Assembly: GCA_963741945.1 (NCBI GenBank)
Contig: CAVUKA010000008.1
Span: 96,001 to 160,000, forward strand
Length of the DNA stretch: 64,000 bases
Direction: 5' to 3'
Source: an uncultured Gemmatimonadales bacterium
GTDB taxonomy: Bacteria > Gemmatimonadota > Gemmatimonadetes > Longimicrobiales > RSA9
The notes below the pieces were generated by a model. The model had not been told where the DNA came from, did no database searches, and saw only the letters and a program-made list of their open reading frames with translations. Both the position numbers and the translations under genes were made by a program. Each line of letters starts with the position of its first letter. The first letter of the stretch is position 1. This document shows, piece after piece, positions 54,903-64,000 of this stretch.

Positions 54903-55457
54903 TCAGTGGCGGGATGAAGCGAGATACCCGGCCAGCACGGCACCCAGGAGGGAGGTCAGCCGATCGGAGGCCGCCATGTCCGATTCCACCGCCGCCGTCC
55001 CCTGCGCCCGCAAACGAGCGGCGAGCGATTCGAGACGGTCCGCCAGCGCTTCCACTGCCGGCGAGGGGCCGTGCGCCATCTCCCCGGCCCGGTCGGCAGC
55101 CATCCTGCTGTCGGGCAGCTCCGTATCGAGGTCGAACACGTCGAAGGGGAACTCATCCCCGGCCCGGTCGTTGGCCGCCGCTTCCGGTTCCCCTGACGTG
55201 AGGCCCTGGTCGGGCTCGGCGCCGTCCACCGTGCGGTCGAACGGGAAAGCCTCATCGGCCTGGATCATGGGTACGGGCTCCACGGTCCCGGATTCGCGCG
55301 CCACCCCTGCACCGCTCGCCGATGCTCGGTCGCGCGCGGGCATGAAGGGCGGCACCAGTCCGGTGACGTCCGCCGCCTGGCCTTCGGCGCGGCGCGTGGT
55401 GGTCGGCGGCGTGGGGGCGTCGCCCGGCCCGGTCCCCCGCTGGCCTTCGTCGCTCAT
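54903..55457 (-). CDS. Hypothetical protein, acidic/disordered with C-terminal helices
   Basis: ATG 55457 after AGGAG; fills the gap between yqaA and the tRNA. Confidence 0.6.
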   Translation of the reverse strand: MSDEGQRGTGPGDAPTPPTTTRRAEGQAADVTGLVPPFMPARDRASASGAGVARESGTVEPVPMIQADEAFPFDRTVDGAEPDQGLTSGEPEAAANDRAGDEFPFDVFDLDTELPDSRMAADRAGEMAHGPSPAVEALADRLESLAARLRAQGTAAVESDMAASDRLTSLLGAVLAGYLASSRH

Positions 55458-55538
55458 CCCCGACTCCTGGTTGGCCGGAACGTGCAAAGCTAGGATTGGC
55501 GGCAAGATAGGGCGGCCTTTACGGGAGCGCCACCGGAT

Positions 55539-56204
55539 TCAGCCGAGCACGAGCTTGATGACCACGAAGCCGCCGATGAGCAGAGCCAGGAAGAGCCAGG
55601 CCAGGCGGTCGAAGTGGCGATCGATGAAGCCCTGGATGGACGGTCCCTTGTAGTAGATGAGCCCGGCCACGAGGAAGAAGCGCGCGCTCCGGCTGATGGC
55701 GGACGCGACCAGGAACACGGGAAGCGAGATCCGGAACACCCCTGCCGAGAGCGTGAAGACCTTGAACGGGATCGGAGTGAATCCCGCCGCGAAGATGCTC
55801 CAGAAATCGTAGCGGTCGTAGAGCGCCCGGACGGTCGCGAACGCATCGGGCGTGACGCCCGGAACGTAGGCATAGAAGAACTGGTCGACGGCGTGCCACA
55901 GTCCCCATCCGATGCCGTAGCCGGCCAGGCCGCCCACGATGGAGGCCAGCGAGCAGACGAGCGCGAAGCGGAGCGCCCGTCGTGGCGCTCCGAGGGCGAG
56001 GGCGATCAGGAGCGGATCGGGCGGAATCGGGAAGAAGGAGGATTCGGCGAAAGCGAAGGCGAAGAGCGCTCTCTCACCGCTGGGCCGTTCAGCGAACGAG
56101 AGCACCCAGTCGTACAGCCGTCGGAACAGCCCCGGCCGCGGCTCGGGGCCGTCGCCGGGGTACGGGCTGGGGGTCGTTCCGGGCGCCTCGGGAGAGCCCG
56201 TCAT
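55539..56204 (-). CDS. YqaA/VTT-domain (DedA superfamily) membrane protein
   Basis: FRRLYDWV, FAESSFFPIPPD, FTPIPFKVF, SRSARFF motifs. Confidence 0.92.
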   Translation of the reverse strand: MTGSPEAPGTTPSPYPGDGPEPRPGLFRRLYDWVLSFAERPSGERALFAFAFAESSFFPIPPDPLLIALALGAPRRALRFALVCSLASIVGGLAGYGIGWGLWHAVDQFFYAYVPGVTPDAFATVRALYDRYDFWSIFAAGFTPIPFKVFTLSAGVFRISLPVFLVASAISRSARFFLVAGLIYYKGPSIQGFIDRHFDRLAWLFLALLIGGFVVIKLVLG

Positions 56205-56848
56205 CACTCGGGCCACCCGAAGCGCCCGATGAGGGGAACGAACACGCAGCCGGTCACGGCCTTCTCCCGGGTGCCCTCGTCCGTGACCTCCACGAGTGTG
56301 AGCTGCTGCTGGTGGCGATCGCCGGTCGGGATGAGCAGCCGTCCGCCAGGCGCGAGCTGGTCCACCAGGGTCCGGGGCACGGCCGGGGCCGCCGCGGCCA
56401 CCAGGATGGCGTCGTAGGGAGCGTATTTCGACCAGCCGAGCGTCCCATCCTTCGTCACCAGCGCGATGTTGCGGTAGCCCAGGGCATCGAGCGCATCCCG
56501 GGCGCGCTGCGTCAGCTCGGGGATGCGCTCCACGGCGTAGACGTTGCCGCTGAGCTCGGCCAGGAGCGCAGTCTGGTACCCGCTCCCCGCGCCCACCTCC
56601 AGGACCCGGTCGTCCTCGCCGATCGCCAGCACCTCGAGATAGAGCGCCTGGAGCGACGGCTGCGAAATGGTCTGCCCGAATCCGATCGGCAGCGCGGTAT
56701 CCTCGTAGGCGCGCCGTACCACGGCGGACGGGACGAACCGGTGTCGCGGCACCCTCTCCACCGCGGCCAGGACCCGGGGGTCCCGAATTCCCTGTTCCCG
56801 GATCCGGTCCACCAGCTGACGCCGCTTGCGTACGTACGGATCGCTCAC
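56204..56848 (-). CDS. pcm: Protein-L-isoaspartate O-methyltransferase
   Basis: VPRHRFV, AYED..LPIG.GQTISQP, LEVGAGSGYQ, FVPLIG motifs; GTG 56848. Confidence 0.96.
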   Translation of the reverse strand: MSDPYVRKRRQLVDRIREQGIRDPRVLAAVERVPRHRFVPSAVVRRAYEDTALPIGFGQTISQPSLQALYLEVLAIGEDDRVLEVGAGSGYQTALLAELSGNVYAVERIPELTQRARDALDALGYRNIALVTKDGTLGWSKYAPYDAILVAAAAPAVPRTLVDQLAPGGRLLIPTGDRHQQQLTLVEVTDEGTREKAVTGCVFVPLIGRFGWPE

Positions 56849-57594
56849 AGGGCCAGCCCCCAGCGCCGGATATCTTCGAGGAGGTCGAAATTCGTGAGAT
56901 CCAGGTGGAGCGGCGTGATGGACACGTAGCCGTCTTCCAGCGCCTGGAAGTCTGAATCGGCCTCCCCCCACCAGCGCGTCTCACCGCCTCCGATCCAGAA
57001 ATACTCGCGCCCGTTCGGGTCGCGCGCCCGCGTGAGCGAGCCCTCGTACGCGCGACGCCCGAGCCGGGTGATCCGCGCCCCCTTCACCGTGTCGGGGCTC
57101 AGCGGCGGCAGGTTGATGTTGAGCAGGGTCTCCCGTGGGAAGGCATCCCGGTCCAGGATCTGCCCGAGCAGCGACGAGACCGTCGGAACCCACCCCTCGA
57201 TCCCCTCCGGGTCCCTGGACGCGTAGGAGATGGCGACGGCAGGGATCCCGAGGAGAGTCGCTTCCATGGCCGCGGCGACCGTTCCGGAGTAGAGGACGTC
57301 GTCGCCCAGGTTGGCCCCCTGGTTGATGCCGGAGAGCACCACGTCCGGCCGCCTGTCCAGCAGCTCGCCCAGGGCCAGCACCACACAGTCGGTGGGAGTC
57401 CCGTCCACCACGCGCGCCTCGCGCACGGTCCGGACCCGCAGCGGGTGGTGCATGGTCAGCGAATGGCTCGTGGCGCTCTGCTCCCGGTCCGGCGCAACGA
57501 CCTGCACGTCCCCGTGCGGCTCCGCCGCGCGGACGAGCGCGCTGAGCCCCGCGGCGAGATACCCGTCGTCGTTCGTGATGAGGATCTGCTTCAT
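56845..57594 (-). CDS. surE: 5'/3'-nucleotidase SurE
   Basis: ILITNDDG, GTPTDC, SGINQGANLG, YSGTV motifs. Confidence 0.97.
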   Translation of the reverse strand: MKQILITNDDGYLAAGLSALVRAAEPHGDVQVVAPDREQSATSHSLTMHHPLRVRTVREARVVDGTPTDCVVLALGELLDRRPDVVLSGINQGANLGDDVLYSGTVAAAMEATLLGIPAVAISYASRDPEGIEGWVPTVSSLLGQILDRDAFPRETLLNINLPPLSPDTVKGARITRLGRRAYEGSLTRARDPNGREYFWIGGGETRWWGEADSDFQALEDGYVSITPLHLDLTNFDLLEDIRRWGLAL

Positions 57595-57962
57595 TCCCCC
57601 GAGTCGCCGCGCAGCAGAGCCAGGATCGAGCGCAGCTCGGTGCGGATCTCGTCCACGGTCGTTTCGTCCAGCGTTCGCCGCGTGGCGGCCTCCAGACCCT
57701 TGCCCTTGCGCAGCTCATCGAGCCGCTGGCGCGCGCCTTCGATCGTGTACTTCTCCTCGTAGAGCAGCTGTTTCACCAGCAGGATCAGGCGGATCTCCTT
57801 GCGCTGGTAAACCCGGTTCCCCGCCCTGTTCTTCGAGGGCTTCAGTGGCGTGAACTGGCTCTCCCAGTAGCGCAGCACATGCGGTTTCAGCCCCACCAGG
57901 TCGCAGACCTCACCGATGGAGTAGTACTCCTTCCGGATGATCGGCCGTTCGGTCACCGCCAC
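57591..57962 (-). CDS. MerR family HTH regulator (short, no effector domain)
   Basis: YYSIGEV...HVLRYWE..F..LKP.K...R.Y, YTIEGAR motifs. Confidence 0.9.
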   Translation of the reverse strand: MAVTERPIIRKEYYSIGEVCDLVGLKPHVLRYWESQFTPLKPSKNRAGNRVYQRKEIRLILLVKQLLYEEKYTIEGARQRLDELRKGKGLEAATRRTLDETTVDEIRTELRSILALLRGDSGE

Positions 57963-58963
57963 AGCTCCGGTTTCGGCTCCCGCTGCATCAGGTTCCGCAC
58001 GGCTTCCGCCGGCGAACGCTCCTCGAACAGCACTGCGTGGACCTGGGCGACGATGGGCATCTCGATCCCCTCCCGCTGCGCCAGCGCGTGGGCGGCCCGC
58101 GTGGTCTCCACCCCTTCCGCCACCATCCGCATCTCTCCCAGCACGTCGCTCAGCTTCCTTCCCTCCCCCAGGGCAACGCCCACCGTGCGGTTGCGGCTGA
58201 GCTCACCCGTGCAGGTCAGGATCAGGTCCCCCATCCCCGCCAGGCCGGCGAAGGTGAGGGGGTTCGCCCCGAGCGCGATGCCCAGCCGGCTCATCTCCGC
58301 GAGCCCTCGTGTGATGAGCGCGGCGCGCGTGTTGTGCCCGAACCCCAGCCCGACGATCATCCCGGCCGCCAGCGCCATCACGTTCTTGAGGGCACCGCCC
58401 AGCTCCACGCCTGTGACGTCGTGGCTGGTGTAGACGCGGAAGTAGTCGGTCTGGAACAGCTCCTGGGCGACACGCGCCGCCTCCGTGTCCCGGCTCGCGA
58501 TCGTGACCGCGGTCGGCTCTTCCCCGGATACTTCGGTGGCGAAGCTGGGGCCCGAGAGGAAGCACGCGCGTCGGTGCGTCGATTCGGGGAGGATGTCCTC
58601 GAGGACTTCGGCCATGGTTTCCAGCGTCCGGGTCTCGATCCCCTTGGACGCGCTCACGAGCAGCGCGTCCGGCGACATCGCCCCGGCGGCCGCGCCCATG
58701 ACCGCGCGGACGTGCTGCGACGGGCTGACGCTGACCACCACCTCCGCCCCCTCCACCACCTCCGCGACGTCCGACGAGGCGCTGAGTCGCGAATTCAGCT
58801 CCACGTCCGGGAGATAAGCCGTGTTGCGACGCTCCTCGTTGATCGCCTGCGTCACGTCCTCGTCGAACGACCACAGCCGGACCTCCGACCCTTTCTTCGC
58901 CAGCAGGTTCGCGATCGTCGTTCCCCAGCTCCCCGCTCCCACCACGGCCACGCGATCCGTCAT
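57953..58963 (-). CDS. gpsA: NAD(P)H-dependent glycerol-3-phosphate dehydrogenase
   Basis: GAGSWGT, SKGIE, SGPSFA, GALKN, GDLILTC, SRN motifs. Confidence 0.97.
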   Translation of the reverse strand: MTDRVAVVGAGSWGTTIANLLAKKGSEVRLWSFDEDVTQAINEERRNTAYLPDVELNSRLSASSDVAEVVEGAEVVVSVSPSQHVRAVMGAAAGAMSPDALLVSASKGIETRTLETMAEVLEDILPESTHRRACFLSGPSFATEVSGEEPTAVTIASRDTEAARVAQELFQTDYFRVYTSHDVTGVELGGALKNVMALAAGMIVGLGFGHNTRAALITRGLAEMSRLGIALGANPLTFAGLAGMGDLILTCTGELSRNRTVGVALGEGRKLSDVLGEMRMVAEGVETTRAAHALAQREGIEMPIVAQVHAVLFEERSPAEAVRNLMQREPKPELWR

Positions 58964-59562
58964 GACGCTCCCTCCGTGCTACGTCCGAACCGGTTCTCCT
59001 CACCTCTCAGCAGCCGCCGGATGTTCTCCCGGTGCGCGTAGATCACGAACAACGCCAGCCCCAGCGACAGCCACACTACCACGGGCGGCTCGTTCGTCAC
59101 ATAGACTGCCACCGGAAGCACGACCGCAGCCAGCAGCGAACCCAGGGAGACGATGCGGGTCAGCGAAACCGTGGTCGTCCAGACCACGAAGCCGATGAGC
59201 ACGGCCCAGGGGGCAAGCGCCAGGAAGACGCCCGCGCTCGTGGCCACGCCCTTGCCCCCGCGGAACCCCACGTAGAGCGAGTAGACGTGGCCCAGGATGG
59301 CAGCCGCCCCGTATGCCAGAGCCCACTCGGGACCCGCCGCATCCCAGCGGTGGAACAGGGCCGTCGGCACCCATCCCTTCGCCACGTCCACCACCATCAC
59401 GGGCAGTGCGGCCTTCCAGCCCAGCACCCGGAACGTGTTGGTGGCGCCCAGGTTACCACTTCCCGCTTCACGTAGATCCACACCGTAGGCCACGCGCGCC
59501 AGGAGGTAGCTCGTGGGGGTGGCGCCCAGGAGGTACGCCGCCGCAAGCAGCAGCCAGGTCAC
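58960..59562 (-). CDS. plsY: Glycerol-3-phosphate acyltransferase PlsY
   Basis: GSGNLGATN, DVAKG, FRGGKGVAT, HRENIRRL motifs. Confidence 0.96.
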   Translation of the reverse strand: MTWLLLAAAYLLGATPTSYLLARVAYGVDLREAGSGNLGATNTFRVLGWKAALPVMVVDVAKGWVPTALFHRWDAAGPEWALAYGAAAILGHVYSLYVGFRGGKGVATSAGVFLALAPWAVLIGFVVWTTTVSLTRIVSLGSLLAAVVLPVAVYVTNEPPVVVWLSLGLALFVIYAHRENIRRLLRGEENRFGRSTEGAS

Positions 59563-60884
59563 CGCTCCGCCTCGCGGCGGCTGCGCAGCTTCAGGCGCAG
59601 CGGCGAGCCCAGGAACCCCCAGCGGTCCCGGAACCCGTTGTAGAGGTAGCGCTGGTAGTTTTCGGTCACGCCGCTCCGGTTGTTCGCGAAGATCACGAAG
59701 GTGGGCGGATTCACACCGCTCTGCGTGGCGTACAACAGCTTGATGGCCTGACCTCGAAAATGCCCCGGCGGCTGCCGCGCCGCCAGTTCACGGATCGCGT
59801 TGTTGACCTCGGCCGTCGAGACGCGTCGCTGGCGCTCGTCCGCGACCTGGAGCACGAGCTCCAGCGTCCGCTGGACGCGCTGACCCGAGAGCGCGGAGGT
59901 GAACACCACGGGAACCCAGCGCATGGTGGGCGCCCGTTCGCGGAGCTGCTTCTCGAAGCTGGCGGCGGTGCGGGTATCCTTCTCTACGAGGTCCCACTTG
60001 TTCACGACCAGGATCAGGCCGCAGCCAGCCTCCCAGGCTTTCTCGGCGATCTTGAGGTCCTGGACGTGCACGGGCTCGGTTCCGTCCAGCAGGAGGAGAC
60101 AGACATCCGCCCGCTCGATGGCCCGCTCGGTGCGCAGCGCGCTGTAGTACTCCAGGCTCTCGTGGATCCTGGCCTGCCGGCGCAGCCCCGCCGTGTCCAC
60201 GAACATGACGGTGCGCCCGTGATAGCGCACGGGCGTATCGATGCTGTCGCGCGTGGTTCCGGCGACCTCGCTCACCACGAGCCGCTCCTCGCCGAGGAGA
60301 CGATTGATGAAGCTGGACTTCCCGACGTTCGGCTTTCCAATCACCGCAACCGACAGCACGTCCTCCGGCACCTCCTCCCGCTCCGGGAGATGGCTGACGA
60401 TCAGGTCGAGGACATCGCCCGATCCTTTCCCGGAGAGCGCCCCCACCGGCTGCGGCTCGCCGATGCCAAGCTCCCAGAAGTCCAGATACGACAGGTCTTC
60501 CGGGATGTTGTCGGCCTTGTTGACCACCAGGACCACGGGGACGTCCCTGCGGCGCAGCAGGTCGGCGATCTTGCGGTCCAGTGGCTGGACCCCCGCCTTG
60601 ACGTCCACCACGAACGCAATGACCTGGGCCTCTTCCACCGCGGCTTCCACCTGCCGGCGGATGGCCACCGCCATCGGCTCATCCACGTCCACTTCCAGGC
60701 CGCCGGTGTCCACCACGTAGAATTCGCGGCCGGCCCATTCCGCGCGGGCGAAGTTCCGATCGCGCGTCACGCCCGGGACGTCCTCCACGATGGCCTGGCG
60801 TCGCCCGACCACCCGGTTGAAGAGCGTGGACTTGCCCACGTTCGGGCGGCCCACAATGGCCACCGACGGTAGCGCTAGGCTCAC
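59559..60884 (-). CDS. der: Ribosome biogenesis GTPase Der
   Basis: Two G-domains (GRPNVGKS, GKPNVGKS; TRD, DTxG, NKxD) plus KH-like C-terminus. Confidence 0.97.
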   Translation of the reverse strand: MSLALPSVAIVGRPNVGKSTLFNRVVGRRQAIVEDVPGVTRDRNFARAEWAGREFYVVDTGGLEVDVDEPMAVAIRRQVEAAVEEAQVIAFVVDVKAGVQPLDRKIADLLRRRDVPVVLVVNKADNIPEDLSYLDFWELGIGEPQPVGALSGKGSGDVLDLIVSHLPEREEVPEDVLSVAVIGKPNVGKSSFINRLLGEERLVVSEVAGTTRDSIDTPVRYHGRTVMFVDTAGLRRQARIHESLEYYSALRTERAIERADVCLLLLDGTEPVHVQDLKIAEKAWEAGCGLILVVNKWDLVEKDTRTAASFEKQLRERAPTMRWVPVVFTSALSGQRVQRTLELVLQVADERQRRVSTAEVNNAIRELAARQPPGHFRGQAIKLLYATQSGVNPPTFVIFANNRSGVTENYQRYLYNGFRDRWGFLGSPLRLKLRSRREAER

Positions 60885-62167
60885 AGGTTCCTCAGAGCGG
60901 TGCCCAGAGAATAGGCGGGGATGACATCGCCGGTCAGCTCACCAGCCAGGTGCTCGAACGCCATGCTGTCGATCAGGACCCCATCATCGTTCAGCGCCTC
61001 TGCCGGAACCAGGGTCACGTCGGCGGGCTCAGGGCCTGCGGCGCGCCGCACCGCGTCGAGGATGTCCGCACCAGCCAGCAGTCCAGCGGTGGTGACGCTC
61101 GGCCCGAAGTACCGGTTCTCAACGGGAACCAGCGTGAAGGAGGCGCCCGTGGCTGTCTCCAGGCGCGACAGGAGCGGCGCGATCACCCCGCCCATTCGCC
61201 ACCCGGTGATGACGCGGATGCGGCGACCCTCGAGGCTCGGAGGCTCCCGCAGCATCCCATCGATGTCTTCGAGGAACGCCCGCACGGCCCCGACGCCGTT
61301 CTCGGTGAGCGGCCAATCGTCGTAGTACGCCGGGTCCGGCACCGGGCGGTCGGCGAGGAGGAACATCTCGTCCGCGGCGTAGGCCCAGCCCGCGCCGCGC
61401 GCACGGCGCGACCGAACGCGGGCACGCTCCACCTGTGCGATGGCGTCTCGTGCCTCCCGGTCGGTCAGCAGGCGGGCGGGCCGCCCGAGGTTGTAGCGCG
61501 TGAGCCCCACGGGGACAACGGACAGGGAGAGGACCCGGGGGCCGAGGGACCAGAGGTCGTCGATGGTCCGGTCGAGGTGAACCCCGTCGTTCCAGTCGGG
61601 ACAGAGCACCACCTGGGTGTGTACTTCGATCCCCGCGGAGGTGAGCTCGTCGAGGCGCTCCATGATGTCCCCTCCCCGCGGCACCCCCAGCAGCTTCATG
61701 CGCACCGCGGGCTCGGTGGCGTGCACGGACACGTAGAGCGGCGACAGCCGCTGGTCCAGCAGCCGCTGGAACCCGCGCGGCCCGAGATTCGTCAGCGTGA
61801 CGTAGCTGCCGTAGGTGAACGAGAGGCGGAAGTCGTCATCCTTGAGGTGGAGCGAGCGACGAGCCGCCGGCGGATTGCCATCAATGAAGCAGAATACGCA
61901 CTTGTTCGCGCACTCGCGGACGGTATCGGGCGCCGGGATCACACCCAGCCCCTCGGCGGCGTCCTTCTCGATGTCGTAGACGACGACATCGCCGTTCCGC
62001 CCCTCGGCCTCGTGGACTTCCAGCTCCAGCCGACCGTCCGCCTCCATGAAGCGGAAGTCGATGGTGTCCCGCACCGGCTCGCCGTTGATACGCACGATTC
62101 GGCTGCCGATCCGGAGCTGCAGCTCCTCGGCGATGCTGTCCGGCAGGATTTCGGCAATCCGGATCAT
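60881..62167 (-). CDS. DUF512 PDZ/radical-SAM-like protein
   Basis: N-terminal PDZ-like, CANKCVFC, KDDDFRLSF.YGSYVTLTN, VVPVG, ENGVG motifs. Confidence 0.9.
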   Translation of the reverse strand: MIRIAEILPDSIAEELQLRIGSRIVRINGEPVRDTIDFRFMEADGRLELEVHEAEGRNGDVVVYDIEKDAAEGLGVIPAPDTVRECANKCVFCFIDGNPPAARRSLHLKDDDFRLSFTYGSYVTLTNLGPRGFQRLLDQRLSPLYVSVHATEPAVRMKLLGVPRGGDIMERLDELTSAGIEVHTQVVLCPDWNDGVHLDRTIDDLWSLGPRVLSLSVVPVGLTRYNLGRPARLLTDREARDAIAQVERARVRSRRARGAGWAYAADEMFLLADRPVPDPAYYDDWPLTENGVGAVRAFLEDIDGMLREPPSLEGRRIRVITGWRMGGVIAPLLSRLETATGASFTLVPVENRYFGPSVTTAGLLAGADILDAVRRAAGPEPADVTLVPAEALNDDGVLIDSMAFEHLAGELTGDVIPAYSLGTALRNL

Positions 62168-62314
62168 CCAGTCCTCTCACGGCGAAGGGCGGCCCGCGGA
62201 CCGCCCCCGTGTTCTCTGCGCGCGCCGTGTGGCGCCAAGATAGTGGCCGACCCGATCCGCCTCAACCGACGGAGCGCGCCGATGCCGCACTGTACACCGA
62301 GCGGCCCGGCGGGT

Positions 62315-62923
62315 TCAGATCAGCGCCTCGCCGCACGCCGCACACACGGTCTGCCCCTCGTCGTATGGCTCACCACAGTTCGGGCAGCCGAAGCTCACCT
62401 CGCCGGCCGCATCGCTGTGCGCGGCGATGATCCGTTCCGCTTCCGTGAACGCGTACGTCGGCACGAGGATCCGGACCCGGGCCAGGTCGCCGAACTCCAC
62501 GGGGAAGGCCGAATGGTCCTTCTGGGACAGGATGCGGGAGTCGATCCCCTCCGCCCGCAGGTTGTCCTCGATCAGCCCCGCTTCCACTTCGTCCGGGATG
62601 GCGTGGACTTCGGCCCAGCCCTCGATGATGCGGACACCTGCGTGGTCGGGGCAGCGGTGATAGCGACGATCCCCGGCGTCGCACTCCTCGCACACCGGAG
62701 TGCCACAGAGGGCGCACTGCCCCGGGGCTTCCCGGTCCGGATGGCGGGCGCAGCGCGCCGGCTCCGCCAGGTGCCCGCAGATGGGGCACACCGGGGCGCC
62801 GGCGGCGATGGTCTCACCGCAATGTTCGCAGCGGCGCGTCTCCTCCCGCAGGTCGTGCCCGCACGAGGGACACGTGGCGTGGCCCTCTCGGACCAGGGCC
62901 CCGCACTCCGGGCATTCGTTCAT
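62315..62923 (-). CDS. Multi zinc-ribbon/B-box-like protein with DUF2007-like domain
   Basis: Eight CxxC plus two CxxH motifs; EAGLIEDNLRAEGI...ILVP....EA segment. Confidence 0.75.
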   Translation of the reverse strand: MNECPECGALVREGHATCPSCGHDLREETRRCEHCGETIAAGAPVCPICGHLAEPARCARHPDREAPGQCALCGTPVCEECDAGDRRYHRCPDHAGVRIIEGWAEVHAIPDEVEAGLIEDNLRAEGIDSRILSQKDHSAFPVEFGDLARVRILVPTYAFTEAERIIAAHSDAAGEVSFGCPNCGEPYDEGQTVCAACGEALI

Positions 62924-63010
62924 GGCTCGCCTTGTTCAGGTTCGATGGCACCGTTCTGCCGGATCAATGGCCAGGTGCAAGAAACATACGCTGTGCGAGG
63001 ACCGCAATGG

Positions 63011-63040
63011 AAAGCGCCGGACCCGGGGGCCCGGCGCTTT
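63011..63040. terminator. Hairpin downstream of the TPR gene (possibly bidirectional terminator)
   Basis: AAAGCGCCGG / CCGGCGCTTT 10-bp stem. Confidence 0.55.
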
Positions 63041-63064
63041 CACTCCACAGGATGGCGTGGCGGG

Positions 63065-64000
63065 TCAGCCCACGACCTCGTACTTCCACCCGCCGAACTT
63101 GCCACTCGGCAGCTTCACCGAAGTCTGGAACCCGACCGACTCGTTCTTCTCCGGCACGGTCACGGTGATCATGCTCGTGTCGAGCACGTTTCCATCCCGA
63201 TCGAGGATCTGGAATCGGATCTCCACGTTCTGACCGGGCTCGCCGGACAGGTTGGTGAAGTCGCCGGTCACCTTTGCCGTCTCGTTGGGCTGCAGCGCGA
63301 GCGCGATGTTCTCGACCTCATACTTCTGCGCCTGGTAGGCCCGGAACAGCTCCTGGGTCTTCTGCGTCAGCTGGCGCGCTTCCGCACCGCTCGCCATCTC
63401 GGCCTTCCCGCGGTAGGCCCGCAGCATGAAGCTGAGGAGGTTTCGGTTCAGCGGGTCGAAATCGCGGACCTGCTGCGCCGCCGCCAGGATCCGATCGTAG
63501 ATGGCGTTCAGCTGCTGGTTGCGCTCGGGCGTGGCCTCGCCCTTCTCCACGTCCACGGCCTCCGAGTAGAGCGACTGCACCAGGTTGAGCAGCGCATCGC
63601 GCGAATACGGGTTCAGCTCCGCCGCCTTCTCGAAGGCGTCCGCCGCGCGGGCGTAGTCGCCGGTATTGAAGAAGCCGATCCCGATCTGGAAGTAGTCCTG
63701 GCTGCTCAGGTCCGAGCGCTTCAGCACCTCGTTGTAGATCGTCTCGGCCGAGTCCGGCTGCCCGGCCTGCGCCATGTAGCCGGCGCGAGCCGTCAGCGCG
63801 CTGAGCTTCGTGCTCTCATCCAGGGAGTCGGACTGCGTCAGCAGGTTGCCCAGGATGTCGGCCGCCTTGCTGAAGTCCCCGGTCTGCGCCGCCAGCTGCG
63901 CGGCGCTCATGGCCACGCCCTTGCGATCCTCACGCCAGTTCGCGGCCTGCTCGTCGCCGAGTCCTTCGGGCACCGGCCCGTTCAGGATCTTCAGCGCGCC
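63065..64000 (-). CDS. TPR protein with C-terminal Ig-like domain, 5' truncated by window edge
   Basis: TPR motif YFQIGIGFFNTGDYARAADAFEKAAELNP; beta-rich C-terminus; frame open to the edge. Confidence 0.8.
   Translation of the reverse strand, partial: GALKILNGPVPEGLGDEQAANWREDRKGVAMSAAQLAAQTGDFSKAADILGNLLTQSDSLDESTKLSALTARAGYMAQAGQPDSAETIYNEVLKRSDLSSQDYFQIGIGFFNTGDYARAADAFEKAAELNPYSRDALLNLVQSLYSEAVDVEKGEATPERNQQLNAIYDRILAAAQQVRDFDPLNRNLLSFMLRAYRGKAEMASGAEARQLTQKTQELFRAYQAQKYEVENIALALQPNETAKVTGDFTNLSGEPGQNVEIRFQILDRDGNVLDTSMITVTVPEKNESVGFQTSVKLPSGKFGGWKYEVVG

Noticed and set aside
62946-62960. TGGCAC...TGC as a sigma54 promoter
   Set aside because: GG-to-GC spacing is 9 nt rather than 10, and it faces away from the nearby gene start.

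Overview
High-GC (visually about 70%) diderm bacterial chromosome segment. Gene content and order suggest Gemmatimonadota (inference only). It is a dense core envelope-biogenesis region. The left arm, almost all on +, carries ndk, yceD-rpmF-plsX-fabH-fabD-fabG-acpP-fabF, ispF, dedA, xerD, a trpG/pabA-type gene, kdsB-pyrG-kdsA-kdsC-kdsD-lptC-lptA-like-lptB-rpoN. The middle holds a surface-glycosylation cluster (GT2s, flippase-like, YfhO-type GT-C, methyltransferase, rmd-like, gmd, GT4, polyprenol-P-mannose synthase) and plsC. The right arm, almost all on -, carries yfgM-like, tamA/tamB, GntR, GWxTD, lgt, a full ccmABCDEFGH operon, TPM-nucleotidyltransferase-lemA, tRNA-Arg(CCT), merR-surE-pcm-yqaA and DUF512-der-plsY-gpsA. 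The strongest unannotated signal is a well-conserved XerC/D dif site at 33085-33112, where the two gene arms converge, so this is probably the replication terminus. A second, degenerate, directly oriented dif-like 28-mer at 22433-22460 would bracket a 10.6 kb glycan-modification block. Other oddities are a ~200 nt nested inverted-repeat element after rpoN, LptB with a 157-aa N-terminal extra domain, a nucleotidyltransferase inside a TPM-LemA operon, and a 47-aa ccmD missing from the ORF track. No CRISPR array, rRNA or transposase was seen.
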